Assembly: GCF_006345805.1 (NCBI RefSeq)
Contig: NC_043008.1
Coordinates: 53,072,001 to 53,136,000 of the forward strand
Direction of reading: 5' to 3'
DNA from: Octopus sinensis
Taxonomy: Eukaryota
Length of the DNA stretch: 64,000 nt
Position 1 is the first letter of the stretch. Each line of letters begins with the position of its first letter. The position numbers were made by a program, and so were the translations under genes. Of the stretch, positions 37,230 to 50,871 are shown one piece after another. The notes beneath the pieces were generated by a model that worked only from the letters and a program-made list of their open reading frames with translations, was not told the DNA's origin and searched no databases.

Positions 37230-38530
37230 ACACTTCCGGGTCTCAGTTTTGCTGGGGTGGGCAGATCTTCTCAAGAACCTCATATCAACAGACATCTTAG
37301 TCCATTGTTGTATCTTCTGTGAAGCTCAACATCTTGAGATTGGCCCTTACTAATTCATCCCATATCTTCCTGGGTCTCCTTATCCTACAGGTTCCATCCA
37401 TTTCAAGCATTTGACTCTTCTTTTGTACAGATGTTTTCATTCATACATATCACATGTCCAAACCATTGTAATCTCAATACATCTGATTCCGCTTAGGATT
37501 AACTTCTCTCTCAACACATATGCACTTTTTCATACACAGCACACACTGATGTTTCACATCCATCAATGCATACCGGCTTCATTTCTCTCCATTCTTCACA
37601 TGTCCTCTTCATTCAGGGCCATGCCTCGCTACCCCAGAGCATAACCATTCATACACAAGCACCATACAATCTACCTCTTGATCTGAGAGAGGCCTTCTGT
37701 TGCCAAAAGAGACTTTAAACTTTCACCATCCTATTCTTACTCTGGCAAATAAACTTTCAGAACATCTTCCTCTATTGCTAATTTGCTCATCTAGGTAACA
37801 GAAACCATCTACAAACTTTAGGGAGCCATCTGGGCATTTTGGAAAATTTAATTCCTATGTGTTGTTCCTGCACATGTGCCCCTTCCAAAGATGACTTTCT
37901 CTCTTAATCTACCTTTGATTCCACTGCACCCCTTATGTACAGATATCTTGCACTGTGTGCAAGGAATGGAATTATTTCCTTTTCATTTCTTACATATTGA
38001 ACAGGGCCATTTACCTGATGGAGAGATATTCTTACCTGCTTTCTTGCAAACAACAGCTTTGATCTTCACAATCTTAGCTTTAAGGCACTTTAATTTAAGG
38101 CTTTGCTTCCATACTAGAATTGCTTTTCTATCTCTACTACAGACTCTGCTATATGTGTGAGGTCATCAGGATATAGTTGCCCCTACCAGCAGCCAGTTAT
38201 AAATTCCTCTGTTATGGCTTGGAGTACTATGATGAATGAGAGGCGACTGTGTACACTAAATTTGTCATGGCCAATTATCACCCTACTGACAGCACCCCTA
38301 TACAAGTCTTGTATCACTTTAACAAGACATTTATCAACTCTGAACGTCTTTAGAGATAAAAAAGCAAGGGACTTCGTGAAAGATTTTTCTACAGGCCAAT
38401 GAATGCCAAGTACAATGGTTTACTTTTAGCTCACACTCTTAGAAGATAACATCTGTAATACTCTTCCCTGGCAAGAAACCAAGCTGCATCTCGTCTAATT
38501 CTGTATAATCTAATTTTGTTCTTCATCAAT
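37230..38530 (-). mobile_element. Decayed RTE-clade LINE (RT, Cys/His-rich insert, C-terminus)
   Basis: VKVIQDLYRGA...FIIVLQAITEEF...LYPDDL...SGKWPCSICK...CTQCKISVHKGCSGIKG; multiple stops. Confidence 0.8.
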
Positions 38531-39002
38531 TAAGCTAAAACTTTCTCTGTAACTTTCATAATTATAAATATAAATGTCTATCTATCTATCTATCAACATA
38601 TACATATATACATATATTGGGTCTCATTGACACCATTATCTCTTATAGACTCAATATATATATATACCTACTTGGAAATGGATGCATTGTGTTCAATTAA
38701 AAATTAAATAATATATTATATATAACGTATATATAATGTGTATATGAATACAGGACGTCACCAACAGTGCAAATAACATGAAATATGTAAACAAACGAGG
38801 GTAAAACAAGTGAAATACGTAAACAACAACATAAAAAAGAAAACGGAAGTTAACACAGAGAAAGGACCCTATTTTTCGTTTCCAACTTTGACCCTCCATA
38901 AATCCTAAATTTTATTTTAGAATTTATTGGAGCAACTGTCTTTGAAGACTCATATTGTTGTTGGATACTCAAAATGAGGAGTAGATATCATATTTTATAT
39001 AT

Positions 39003-39790
39003 TAGCATTGAATAGGTATACATGGAGTCACAACTTGGTCCTTAAGATGATCTTCAATGCTATAAAGAACCAAATTCATCTCAACAACACTGAGAAAAAA
39101 CCGTTGAAAATACCAAAAGGAGATTTCATTACCTTCCTGTGCTCAGGTCAGCGGATTCGTTTCAAGAAGAAGAAGAAGAAACTTCCTGTGAGAGCTGAAA
39201 AGTGGAACGGCTATTGGAAAGTGACTGCAGATTTACCTGGGTGCCAGGGGTTCTTTCCCATCCCAGTTACAAAGAACCAGATATTTTGATGTAGTGTGAA
39301 AGAAGGAAAGTCGAGTTAACGGTTCCTGATGAAGATAACATGGACACCGCTCGGCTCAAAAAATTGACCGTTATGTAAACATCCTCGAGGAATGTGAAGA
39401 CGCAGGCTAGAAAGCAGAACATTTTCCAATTGAAATCGGTTGTAGAGGGTTTGCTGGACACAGTGTGAGACGACTGTTGTTATCGCTAGGCCTAACTCAT
39501 CGTAAAGTCAATACCACCATGACCGATATCCAAACTACAGTGGAGAAGGCTAGCCACTGGATTTGGTTAAAAAGAGACGATGAGCAATGGCCAGAGAAAT
39601 AGTGAGCTTTATTTAATAACCAGTTGATCTAGCAAGTGGGGCCTCATATCAGTGAGTGGGGGCAGTGCACATTGATGCCATCAAGAGGTAGGCCCGAAAT
39701 GGCATGCATTCTCTCCTGATGACCCCATACACTTACTGGCTTCCAGTATGTGGAGTTCTCGACTGGTAGCACTTGCATGTGCAAGTTGTT
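39003..39790 (+). mobile_element. HERO-like (RLE) non-LTR retrotransposon 3' end
   Basis: RYTWSHNLVL...PDIL...VELTVPDEDNM...FPIEIGCRGF...VEKASHWIWLKRDD..* (stop 39600-39602), then 3' UTR. Confidence 0.8.
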
Positions 39791-40485
39791 TGCAAGACAT
39801 ATATTATATACATATAAATATATATATAGCAAAATAGCAGACTGGAAATTTTTGGGTACTATTTATTCACCATTACATATGTTACATGTGCTAATAGGAA
39901 CTACAAAGTCTTACATGTTAGACAGATATGTAAGGAATTTCTTATTAGAAATTCTTCAGAGAAATTAAATAAGAACAAGTAATTTGTTTATCTGAAGAAT
40001 CTCTGGTAGAAAATTCCTTAAATGTTACACTTTATAATTTCTATTAGCAAATGAAACCCATGTATTTGTGAATAAACAAACCAAAAGATCTCCAATTACC
40101 TGTTTTGTTAGACATTAACACTGCAAATAAAAATTCCATAATTCTCAATTTTAATATGTAATTTGAACTAACATCCAGCAGCATCTGAGACTACGTATTT
40201 GATGATAATAATGGAATAAGTAGATGTGCTTCAAGAGGAAACAGCTGGGATTTTACCCTATCAACCTACATGACATGTGTGTGTGTGTGTGCGTGTATTT
40301 ATATGCATGTATGTGTATGTATGTACGTATCTATATATATATATATGTGTGTGTATATATATATGTATGTGTATATATATATAATTAATATTAATATTAG
40401 GGAAGTTATTTCCAAGTCCACAGGGAAGAGGAGTTCAATTTAATGGTCCTAAAATTAATTACTGACTCTATTATATACATATATA

Positions 40486-41154
40486 TAGATATGTTTAAGA
40501 GACAGAATCAACCTCAAGCGACTCAATCATCATTGAATGACATTATCCACAATAGGTACTTGCTTGTACTTGTGGCAACATTCACCCTGGGTGGGTTGAG
40601 TCGACTTCATCTACCATGGAAGAAGTTTCATGGGAATATGTGGATTTCACAAGCGGTCCCCAACAATCCTGCATGTGGAGACATCCTGTTTGCCACAGAT
40701 TGTTTGCCACAGATGCAGGGACAGAACGACCAAGGAGCCGCTGGTTGCCGAAACAGACGCTCTGAGGATTTTCACCAGAGCCCTCTCTGCCGGGTTGTGG
40801 CCCTAATACCACTCGGTGTCAGACCAATCACCTTGGGTGGCCCTACCAGGAACCAAAGTTCCCGACGGCATAGCTCTGACAGTACCCGTTGCCAGCATCC
40901 CCACCACGGTGAAGAGGGGATGGACTTTGGGGACGCACAATAGGTACATATAGGACTAAATATTAAAATTATCAAAATTAATACCTACAATTCTTATACC
41001 AAATTATCAAAATTAATACCTTCAATTCTTATTTCAAATCATATACTTTACTACACACATTTTAATATTTAGTCCTATATGTACCTGTTGTGGATAATGT
41101 CATTCAATGATGATTGAATTGCTTGAGGGTGATTCTGTCTCTTAAACCTGTCTA
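40486..41154. mobile_element. Long-TIR MITE (~100-bp TIRs) whose left TIR is split by an insertion
   Basis: 40486-40559 + 40948-40968 is inverted relative to 41060-41154; TA-rich flanks. Confidence 0.8.
40560..40935 (-). mobile_element. 376-bp bipartite RTE-derived non-autonomous retroelement with 12-bp TSD
   Basis: TSD CACAATAGGTAC at 40548-40559 and 40936-40947; 5' GAGCTATGCC...GGTAGGGCCACCCAAG motif like RTE/Bov-A 5' UTRs; CAAGTACAAG tail. Confidence 0.75.
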
Positions 41155-41522
41155 TATATATATATAACGATTTTATTATGGGATAGTTATGCTAACATCC
41201 AGTTGTTAGAACTTAATATACATCTGTTGAAGAGTATGGCGTCAAGAAAATATGCAGTGAAATATCAATTAATGGATGAGAAAAGAACAAGAGTAATTTA
41301 ATCACCTTCATTAGCAACTATCTGTTCCTGATACACACGCACACGCATGGATATACATATATATAGTATATGTGTGTGTGTGTATTGATATATGTATATG
41401 TTTGCATGTTATGTCTATATATATATATATATATATATCATGATTTATTTATGATCAGAGAGTTGTTCGAAATGCAATGTACTACTGTTACATATATTTA
41501 TATCGTTATCAATATATATATA

Positions 41523-41559
<37 letters not shown>

Positions 41560-41703
41560 ATCTATCAATTTATCTATGTATCTCTCACTCTCACTTTCTC
41601 TCTCTCTCTCTATAGTATATATATATGCACATACACACACCCAGATATATATATATTATATAATATAGATATATATATTATACATATACACACACACACA
41701 CAC

Positions 41704-41736
<33 letters not shown>

Positions 41737-41868
41737 TTATATACATATATACATATATATATATATATATTATATATATTATATATATATATACCTATAT
41801 ATACATATATAATATATATATTATATATATATATAAATATACATACATACATACATATATATATATAT

Positions 41869-41909
<41 letters not shown>

Positions 41910-42019
41910 GCATTCGTTTAATCAGGTCTTCTTAGGTGACATGCTTCTAAGCTGATTCTAAAGTCATTACTCATTCCAAACTGAGACTTGTTATGCATGA
42001 AGTAATTACATATTATAAA

Positions 42020-42490
42020 TGCATTCAACAGTTCTACTTAGGAAACTTGATCTTCGCTCTATGAGCAGATACACCAAACCTTGTCAATGTTTCCGAGATA
42101 TATTAACACTTCACCATCATATTGTTATCACTTTTCTTCACTTAGTCTTACATGATCAGTCAGGTTAAATAGGGGAAGTGGATAATAAATGTCTTGTAGT
42201 GTCACACGTTGTACAGCATTAATGCAAGTATAGCATGCTTCAATTAATTAATCTCTAAACGATTCTATTTCTGTTTCCGCCCCTCAAACAAATATTTCAT
42301 TTTTTTATATATTTACTTTGTGATCTTTTCCATCACTACTTCGTCAAATTATGTGAACAGATTATATTTCGCTGATGAGGTCAAAACAATGATGTGTGAC
42401 ATGCCTGGAGTTGTCTCCCATAATTATTTACAATATGAGAACGGTGTGAGTCATTTTGCAACATCGTTTCTTCCTCATCACGTAGATATT
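42020..42490 (-). mobile_element. Possible very decayed mariner transposase remnant
   Basis: IIMGDNSRHVTHHCFD resembles IITGDE.WVHHFD; weak HPPY-like stretch; many stops. Confidence 0.3.
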
Positions 42491-42720
42491 TTTTTGTTAG
42501 CTTCTTTAATGATTCACATACAAAATGGTGTAGAAATACAGCAAGAAGTGGCTGTCTGGTAAGAAACTTGCTTCCAAACTACATGGTACAAGCGTTCAGT
42601 CCCACTGTGTGGCAGCTTCAGCAAGTGTCTTCTATTGTAACTTCAGGCTGACCAAGCTTTGAGAGAGGATTTGATGGACAGAAATTGAAAGAAACCTGTT
42701 TATATATTTATATATATATA

Positions 42721-42770
<50 letters not shown>

Positions 42771-43063
42771 ATATAATATATATATATATATGGTATGTAC
42801 AAATATTGTATGTACAATATATAATATTATGTAGGGAATCGAACTTATCTGTGATTCTTGTAAATTTCTATAGCAATCTGTTCCTCTACACGATATGACA
42901 GTCACTTTGCTTCTTACTCGATTCTCAGAAATTTCACATGACTGTATCCCAAATTCTTCCATAACTTGATTAACAATTCACTATGAGCTCTATATGGACA
43001 TGCACAAATTCTGTAGTTCAAGACTTTCATCAGAATTCCTTGAATCTCAATTACTTAAACCGT

Positions 43064-43108
<45 letters not shown>

Positions 43109-43117
43109 CACAACGCA

Positions 43118-43178
<61 letters not shown>

Positions 43179-43189
43179 CATACATATAT

Positions 43190-43330
43190 ATAGTGAGAAT
43201 TTACAAAATACAGCTGTATTAGTTTAACACTCGGGAAGTGAGAAAGTCTTTTATGTTTCAAGGCTATGCTCTTCGACGGAAAGGAACACAGAAATAAACA
43301 GGGAGAGAAAATAAAAAAGGTTTAGTGGCT
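43190..43330 (-). mobile_element. (TA)n-flanked repeat with decayed minimal hammerhead at 43247-43284
   Basis: CCUUU-CCGUCGAA-GAGC-AUAG-CCUU-GAAA-CA-UA-AAAGA. Confidence 0.55.
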
Positions 43331-43581
43331 AGTGATCAATCATGGTGAATGATGTTATCCAAGGAAAAGACAAAAGCTGATACAGCTTGGCACTAGTGAT
43401 GTCGCAACTCATTTCTACAGCTGAGTGAACTGGAGTAACATGAAATAAAGTGCCTTGCTCAAGAACACAACACACAGCCTGGTCTTGGAATTGAACTTGC
43501 AATCTCATCATTGTGAGCCCAATGCTCTGACCACTGAGCCATGTGCTTCTCATTGTTTATTAATTATCACTATATTAAATA

Positions 43582-43979
43582 CTAGCAGTATCGCCCGGTG
43601 TTGCTCAGGTTTGTAAGGGAAATAACTATATAAGCATTTTTAGAGAGTTATAGCCAAAAAATAGCAAAAAATGCATTTAAAATGGAAAAAAAATTATGGT
43701 ATATTTTTTTTTAAATCGTTGACTCATCGTAGACATTTTTAGAGAGTTACTTCCCTTATATAATAGCGAAAAAAATGCATTAAAATGGAAAAAAATAATG
43801 GTAAATTATTTTTTAAATCGTAGACTCATCGTAGATGCGCGCTAATACCCAGAAGGGCTCGATATGAATCACGACTATAAGATACCCGGTTTTGGTTAAA
43901 CTGCACCGCAAAATGCGGGAGTAGTTAGGAATCTAAATCATAGGAGACAGACACACAACTTCTCTTTTATATATAAAGA
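43582..43979 (-). mobile_element. Non-autonomous Helitron
   Basis: A|TC...CTAG|T on minus; shares ~90 bp of 3' end with 23296-23664; internal tandem duplication. Confidence 0.85.
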
Positions 43980-44329
43980 TATTCATGATGATGATGATAA
44001 TAATAATAATATTAATAATAATAATAATAATAATAATCATCATTTTAATGTTCACTTTAATCTTGTGCCAGATTTATTATCAAACAGTCCTTCATTTTTA
44101 AGACTGTATGGTGTAATATGAAAGTGTTTGACTGCTATTTCTAACATGTAAAGCAACCATGTAGACATTCATTTGTTGGTTCATAAATGCATGTGTTATA
44201 TGTACATATGTGTGTATGCATAGGTATGTGATTATGTAGTTGTATGTGAGTGTTTATGTATAAGTGAGTGTATGTATAGATGTATGTGTATGTGTTGGAG
44301 TGTGTATAATTGTACGTGTATGTATAGGT

Positions 44330-44583
44330 GCGTATGAGCATAGGTATGTATATGTGTGCATGTGTATGCATGCATATAAGTTAATATGTGTGTAGATAAA
44401 GGTATGCGCATATATATTTATGAATATATAATTATAGCTTTGTGTATATGTTTTGACATAACTATATGCATGTATACAGATATGTGTACAAAAGTGTATG
44501 TATGCCCAGGTATGTATACATATGTGTGGGCAATATATGTAGGTATGTGTATTTGTGCATATATATATATATATATATATAGT

Positions 44584-44632
<49 letters not shown>

Positions 44633-44641
44633 GTATATATA

Positions 44642-44679
<38 letters not shown>

Positions 44680-44771
44680 TATATATATATATATGAATAT
44701 ATTATATAATATATATATATATGTATGTATGTATGTATATATATCTATATATATATATATATATATGAATA

Positions 44772-44817
<46 letters not shown>

Positions 44818-44960
44818 TATACATATATATATACATAATATATATGCATATATATATGTATATATATATATGCATATATATATACATGTATGTATGTGTG
44901 TGCACATATATATATATATATGAACATATATATATATATATCAATATGTTTATGCATGTA
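44330..44960. repeat. Compound (TA)n/(TG)n/(TACA)n microsatellite (one of many similar tracts)
   Basis: Direct periodicity. Confidence 0.9.
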
Positions 44961-45569
44961 TGCTTTATTACTTTAAGAAAGGCCGTAAACAACACTGAGA
45001 CAAAAATCAAGAGCTGGAATAAGATATGCAAAAGAAAATATTCCCCTAACTTTTTCGCATAAATATTGGTTATAGTGCTTTTGCTAAGTGCCAAAAGTTC
45101 CAGAGGAGAATTGCTGCTTTCGCCAGAAGAGATTTATTTGAGTTCGGTTTATCAGGGGAAGAAAGTGAGAAGAAGGAAGAAAGTGCAAGGAACTACGAAA
45201 TGTTTTTAATGTGACTTCCAAGATTGATGATTGATGGGAAGGTACTTTTAAGTGGTCCTCAAAACTGCGTTTTTGCGCTGGCTCTGACGCTCAATGCACT
45301 TAGGGTTGCTCTATAGTTATTGGTAAATAGCAACAACTGGTCGGCTGCCCATTGCCCTTTTTGTCGTTTGTTTTTTACTTGTTTCGGTTATCAGATTTTG
45401 GCCATGCTGGAGCACCAAATTGAAGAGTTTCTAGTTGAATGAATTGACCCCAGTTTTTTTTTTTTTTAAGGCTGATGCTTATTCTGTCAGTCTCTTTTGC
45501 CAAACTGCTAAGTTATGAGAATGTAAACGAACCAATACCAGTTGTCAAGCAGTGATCACACACACACAC

Positions 45570-45835
45570 ACACACACATATATATGCTGCTGCCTGTTAC
45601 ATGCTGTTGCTTGATTAGGCTGGGGGTCATCCCAGGTCCTGGTCCCAGAGACGTCATCAAGCAATGAGCCAACCAGGTCCACCAGTGCTCTCTGTTGAGC
45701 TTCTACAGACCTTCCCAAATCATGTCCAGTCATCTCAAATGGAATCTGTCACGAGGCTTCTTCCATCCCGCAGCTGATGGGTCAAATGAGAGTAAAACCC
45801 TGGAAGAATGATCTAGAGGGAGACCAAGGGACTGT
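45570..45835 (-). mobile_element. RTE-clade LINE C-terminal fragment
   Basis: LSFDPSAAGWKKPRDRFHLR*LD resembles GW.RPRGRP..RW.D. Confidence 0.55.
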
Positions 45836-46045
45836 CCATAGTGCATATATGACAGGCTTCTTTTAGTTTCCATCTACTAAATCCACTCACATAACTTTGG
45901 TCAACCTGAAGCAATAGTAGAATATATTTGCCCAACGAGTCACACATTGGAACTGAACCCCAAACCATGTGATTAGGAAGCGATTTTCTAACCATATAAC
46001 CATATCTGTGCTTATGTTCATAATTCTCACATTAATATTCAATAT

Positions 46046-46448
46046 AGGAATAGGAGTAGCTGTGTGGTAAGTAGCTAGCTTACCAACCACATTGTTCCAG
46101 GTTCAGTCCCACTGTGTGTCACCTTGGGCAAGTGTCTTCTACTATAGCCTTGGTCTGACCAAAGCCTTGTGAGTGGATATGGTAGACGGAAACTGAAAGA
46201 AGCCCATTGTATATCTATATGTATGTGTGTGTATATGTTTGTGTGTCTATGTTTGTCCCCCAACATCGCTTGACAACCAATGCTGGTGTGTTTATGTCCC
46301 TGTAACTTAGCGGTTTGGCAAAAAGGAGACTGACAAAATAAGTACTAGGCTTACAAAGAATAAGTCCTGGGGTCAATTTGCTCGACTAAAGGCAGTGCTC
46401 CAGTATGGCCACAGTCAAATGACTGAAACAAGTAAAAGAGTAAAGAGT
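46046..46448 (+). mobile_element. SINE family B, full length, CpG-decayed
   Basis: Family similarity with TG/CA substitutions at CpGs. Confidence 0.8.
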
Positions 46449-46725
46449 ATTCTTTCTACTATAGGTAGAAAGTCTGAAGTTTTGTGACTAACCAGTTACA
46501 TCAACACCAGTGCTCAATTGGTATTTATTTTATCAATTCTTGAAAAGATGAAAGACAAAGTCCACCTTGACAGCATTTGAACTCTGAACATGAAGCTGAA
46601 GCAAGAGGAAATGCTACCAAGTGCTCTGTGCAGCATGCTATTGGTTCAGAAGCATCTTATTTCCATGGAATATCTGCCTAAGAGATACAAAATGGAACGA
46701 GCTACAAGTTTCACTATATAATATA

Positions 46726-47118
46726 CTAGCAGTATCACCCGGCGTTGCTCGGGTTTCTTTCGACCCTTTAGAATAAGAATTTTTGAAAAGTAAAAATTTT
46801 GCATCATGTAGCTAGTTATTCTCTTTAAGTGAACATTTTTCTGGTTGAAATACACCGAAAAATGGCGACACAGCAGTCAAAAAATCGTAAAAAAATAGGG
46901 ATTTTCATAGAAAATAAGCACCTTTTTTATGTAAATAATTGTTGGTGATACCATGGTCCGATTTGAATTTTTTCTTCTACAGAAGGAAGAGCAAGCCTTT
47001 TTCTGTCATGCTTTCAATTTTGGTCAACTTGCGCCACAGGGTTTCGGAGGAGATAGTGTTAGTTGAAGACTGCCAAACCTGCCACACACAGACAACTTCA
47101 GCTTTATATATATAGTGA
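46726..47118 (-). mobile_element. Non-autonomous Helitron (Lep1-like 5' ATATATAAAGCTGAAG)
   Basis: A|TC...CCCGAGCAACGCCGGGTGATACTGCTAG|T on minus. Confidence 0.85.
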
Positions 47119-48853
47119 TTAAACAGTAACACTATGACAGTTTGTAATGATTGAAAACAAATTAAGTAGAAGGAATTGGAATAGTTTCAAGTTGCATCTT
47201 AGGTCTTTCTAGACAGAACAGGTAGAAAAACTGAGAATGCCTAACATAGAATTGAGTGACATAGTTTCGAGTAGCGTCAGAAATCTTTCTGTCTGGGGGT
47301 TCAAAATCTCAGCTTTTTATAACATTACATGGAATTTCTAGAATGTTCAACCAAGTGTATTTGGCAAGAAGACACCCTCTCACTTGGTTGCATACCAGCC
47401 AATGTGATTGGTAGAGCCATGTTCATATAGACACTAATACATTTTATGGTGACACAATTTGTTTTTCATAAATGGGATTGACTGGCCTTGCCTCTTATTA
47501 TTTGGTCCTGAGCCAGAGAACATGATTGTGGCTGTTCAAATCTCAGTAGGAGCCTCACTACAGATATTTTCAGCAGACTGGACTCCTGTTTAGGTGCTCA
47601 AGGTATCATGCATTGCTCATAATTTGTGCAAAAAACTAGGGTCATGGGTTAAAATAATGGATTAAGACTACAACCCATGTACTTGAAATAATATTTATTG
47701 CCCCTCTTTGATAAAAATAATTCCCTCTTTTTTATTTGTCGTGTGTTTTTTTTCTTTTTGTAATTAAATTAATAACTAATATAATTATTTGTTTCATCAG
47801 CCATCAGCTGTTCTGGTAATTTGGAAAACATAGAAAGTGATTTTTAGTTTTATTTTTGAATTTATAAACTGTCGAACGATTGAAAGATATATTTTGCCTA
47901 AACAAATTCATAATTACTGATGAACATTTTATTAAAAATATTGATTCTTATGATGTTGGCTTGGCTGTTTGTTTAAGAAGCTCACTTCCCAACCATGTCA
48001 TTTTGAGTTCAATCCTACTGCATGGTACCCAGGGCAAGTGTATGTGTGTGTGTGCACACGCATGGTTGTGTTTGTGGGTGTGTGGCTGGGTGGTTAAGAG
48101 AGGCTTGCTTCCCAACCACATGGTCTCAGGTTCAATCACACAGTGTGACATCTCAGGAAGGGCTATAGTCCTCTACTATAGCCTCTGGTCAACCAAAGCC
48201 TTGAGAATGGATTTGGCAAATGGAAACTGAAAGAAGCCCATCATATGTATATGTGTGTGCCTGTATGTATCGCTTCGTCTTGACATCATGTATTAGTTGT
48301 AAATAAATATGGCTGTCATAAAAGCAATTTACTTTGCTTAGAAACAAGTGAGGTTTGGTGACAGTAAGGGCATCTGGCCCTAGAAAATCTGCCTGAACAA
48401 TTTCCACATTACCCATGCAAGCATGGAAAAGTGGACATCAAATTGATGATGATATTTAGAATGACATTTTATGTCAAGACATTCCTACAGTTTTACTGGA
48501 AATGTTTAGTCAAATACAACCTGTTACTTTACCAGTTTAGTTTCTGAAGACATAATTAAGACTTGCCTGGTGAGGGTCCATTACTAGAAACCCAGCAGGA
48601 AAGATAAATTCAAGGTAAGGTGACTGGCTATGCTGTAATAGTGCATGGAGCTTAGAAATTCCGGTGTATCAGGTGTGTTTAAAAACCAGTTGAGGATGAA
48701 GCACACATCATCATCATCATTATCATCATTGACATTCACATCATCATCATCTTCATCCTAATAATTTTACACCCAGCATCCATACTGGCATGAGTTTATG
48801 GTTTCTGAGACACATATGGAAGTTACGGATATGATACAAGAAATGGGGAGGTC

Positions 48854-49075
48854 TTAACCCTCTAGCATTTGAACCAGTCACATCTGACCAAAATATCGTT
48901 TATATTCAAACTAGCCAGGTCTGTCTTCTCACACTTACCCTACAATGTCACTATGTAAACAATCAATTATATTATTGAAATCTTAAAGCTGTGAGAAAAT
49001 GCATGATTACTTCAAAATATCATGAATAAACAAGGATTACATTTGGCCAGAGTAATCTGAATGATATTGGGTTAA
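48854..49075. mobile_element. piggyBac-type MITE, diverged copy of 15114-15342
   Basis: TTAA-CCC...GGG-TTAA; internal similarity. Confidence 0.75.
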
Positions 49076-50834
49076 GGTCTTGGGGTTCTGTGATCTAACA
49101 AATCGCAACTCACGTTTCAAGAAACCAGCCAACCTTTTCATCATCTGCCAATCCAACAAACTCTCATGTTATATAGATTTCATTCTCTCCATAATTCTAT
49201 AAGAGAAGTCACTACTTTATCCACAGTTATACCAGTAGTATAATTGGGCAGTTTGAGCCCAGCAACCTTGGATGGCAGCCAAATCAGGAGGTGTAGAGCT
49301 CAACAGCTCCAAGTCTAAGGCCCTCACTGCTTGTGTAAGAGCCTGGGTAGATGCAACGACTAAGGGAGACAATCCTGACAGTAAAATCTTTCCCATATGG
49401 GCATAAGATAAGGTGGTGAGCTGGCAGAATTGATAGCACACTGGGCAAAGCACTAAGTAGCATTTCATCTATCTTTATGTACTGAGTTCAAATTCCATTG
49501 AGGTCGACTTTGCCTTTTAACTTTTCAGGGTCAATAGATTAAGTACCAGTTGAGGCCTAGGGTTGATTTAATCAAATTACCCATCCAGTGAATTTGCAAG
49601 GCTTGTGCCAAGATATGAAACCAATATAGGCATGAGACCAGAAATTTCATGGAGTTGTAGTAATTGATGGCAGCGATCCCCACCCCTAGTTGTTATTGGT
49701 GGTTATTTTTACCAACCCCAAAGGATGAAAAGACAAAGGCAAACTCAGAAGAATTTGAACTCGGAATGTAAAAATTGGAAGAATTGCTGTTCTACATTTT
49801 TCCTCACATTCTAACAACTCTGAGAGTTTGTCAGCTTAATTCTGACATTAGATCAAAATGAATGAGAACTTGAGGCCCACGGTCCCTATGAATCCTGGAG
49901 AGAGCTCCAAGTCACAATGGACTTCCAGCAACCCTCAGCAATAAAAAAAAAGGGAATATTCATTCATTCAGGATATTTTCTTATATATTCTGTTCTGTAA
50001 AGAAAGTAGTATGTTTTGAAGAAGATTTGGTTGCTGTTTCTAACAAGGCAACTAACCACTTTGAGAGCTTCCTCATTGGTTTGTCAACATATAAGTCACA
50101 TCATTATGTCATGAGATATATCTGTGTATTTAAGATATGTCATAGTTTATGTGACTCATGTGTATTGCATCATCTAACACAAAATCCATGAAGTAAATGT
50201 AAATTTTTTAGATTCACTTTTTATTTATATTTTTTATATTCATTGCTTTAGTTTTTTTTCTTTTTTTTTTTTCTTTCTCTGAGAAATATTCTTGGAATCA
50301 GAACAACCAGTTTTTTTTTATTATTTTATTTTACCGGAATATCTATCGCTTGTTAATGATTGTTACAGAATTCGTCGAGTGAGTGAATAGTGCTAACAGT
50401 TAGCGGATGAGGTATAACTCTGGTGAGGATTGTGGAACCATAAAACAGAAGATACTATCTTAGATAAAATTTATATAAGATGATAAAATACCCCCATTTT
50501 TTTCTCTTCTTTTATTAGTACACAAACACACACACACACAAACACACACACATACACAAATACATACAGTCACCCACCCACATACGCACACATATATATA
50601 TGCATGCGTGCACACATACACATACACTTTCATACTCACACTCACATGTTTTGAATAGTAAAATTTTTCTGATGTGTGAGATTCTGACTTGGCAATCAAT
50701 AACAGCTACCATAACCAGAACGTATGTTTACATCACAGGTCACAGCAGATACCATCTAACGACAAGAGAATACAAATTTTATTGTAGCAGCCATGGATTT
50801 CGAGAGCTTTTATTATAAAGATTAAATGAAAAAC

Positions 50835-50871
<37 letters not shown>

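Noticed and set aside
39680-39745. GAAA followed by CTGATGA as a type II hammerhead
   Set aside because: Stem II strands (GGCCC versus CCCCA) cannot pair; ordinary LINE 3' UTR
40443-40943. 166-aa ORF
   Set aside because: Chimeric read-through of MITE TIR and antisense RTE-derived insertion; no domain
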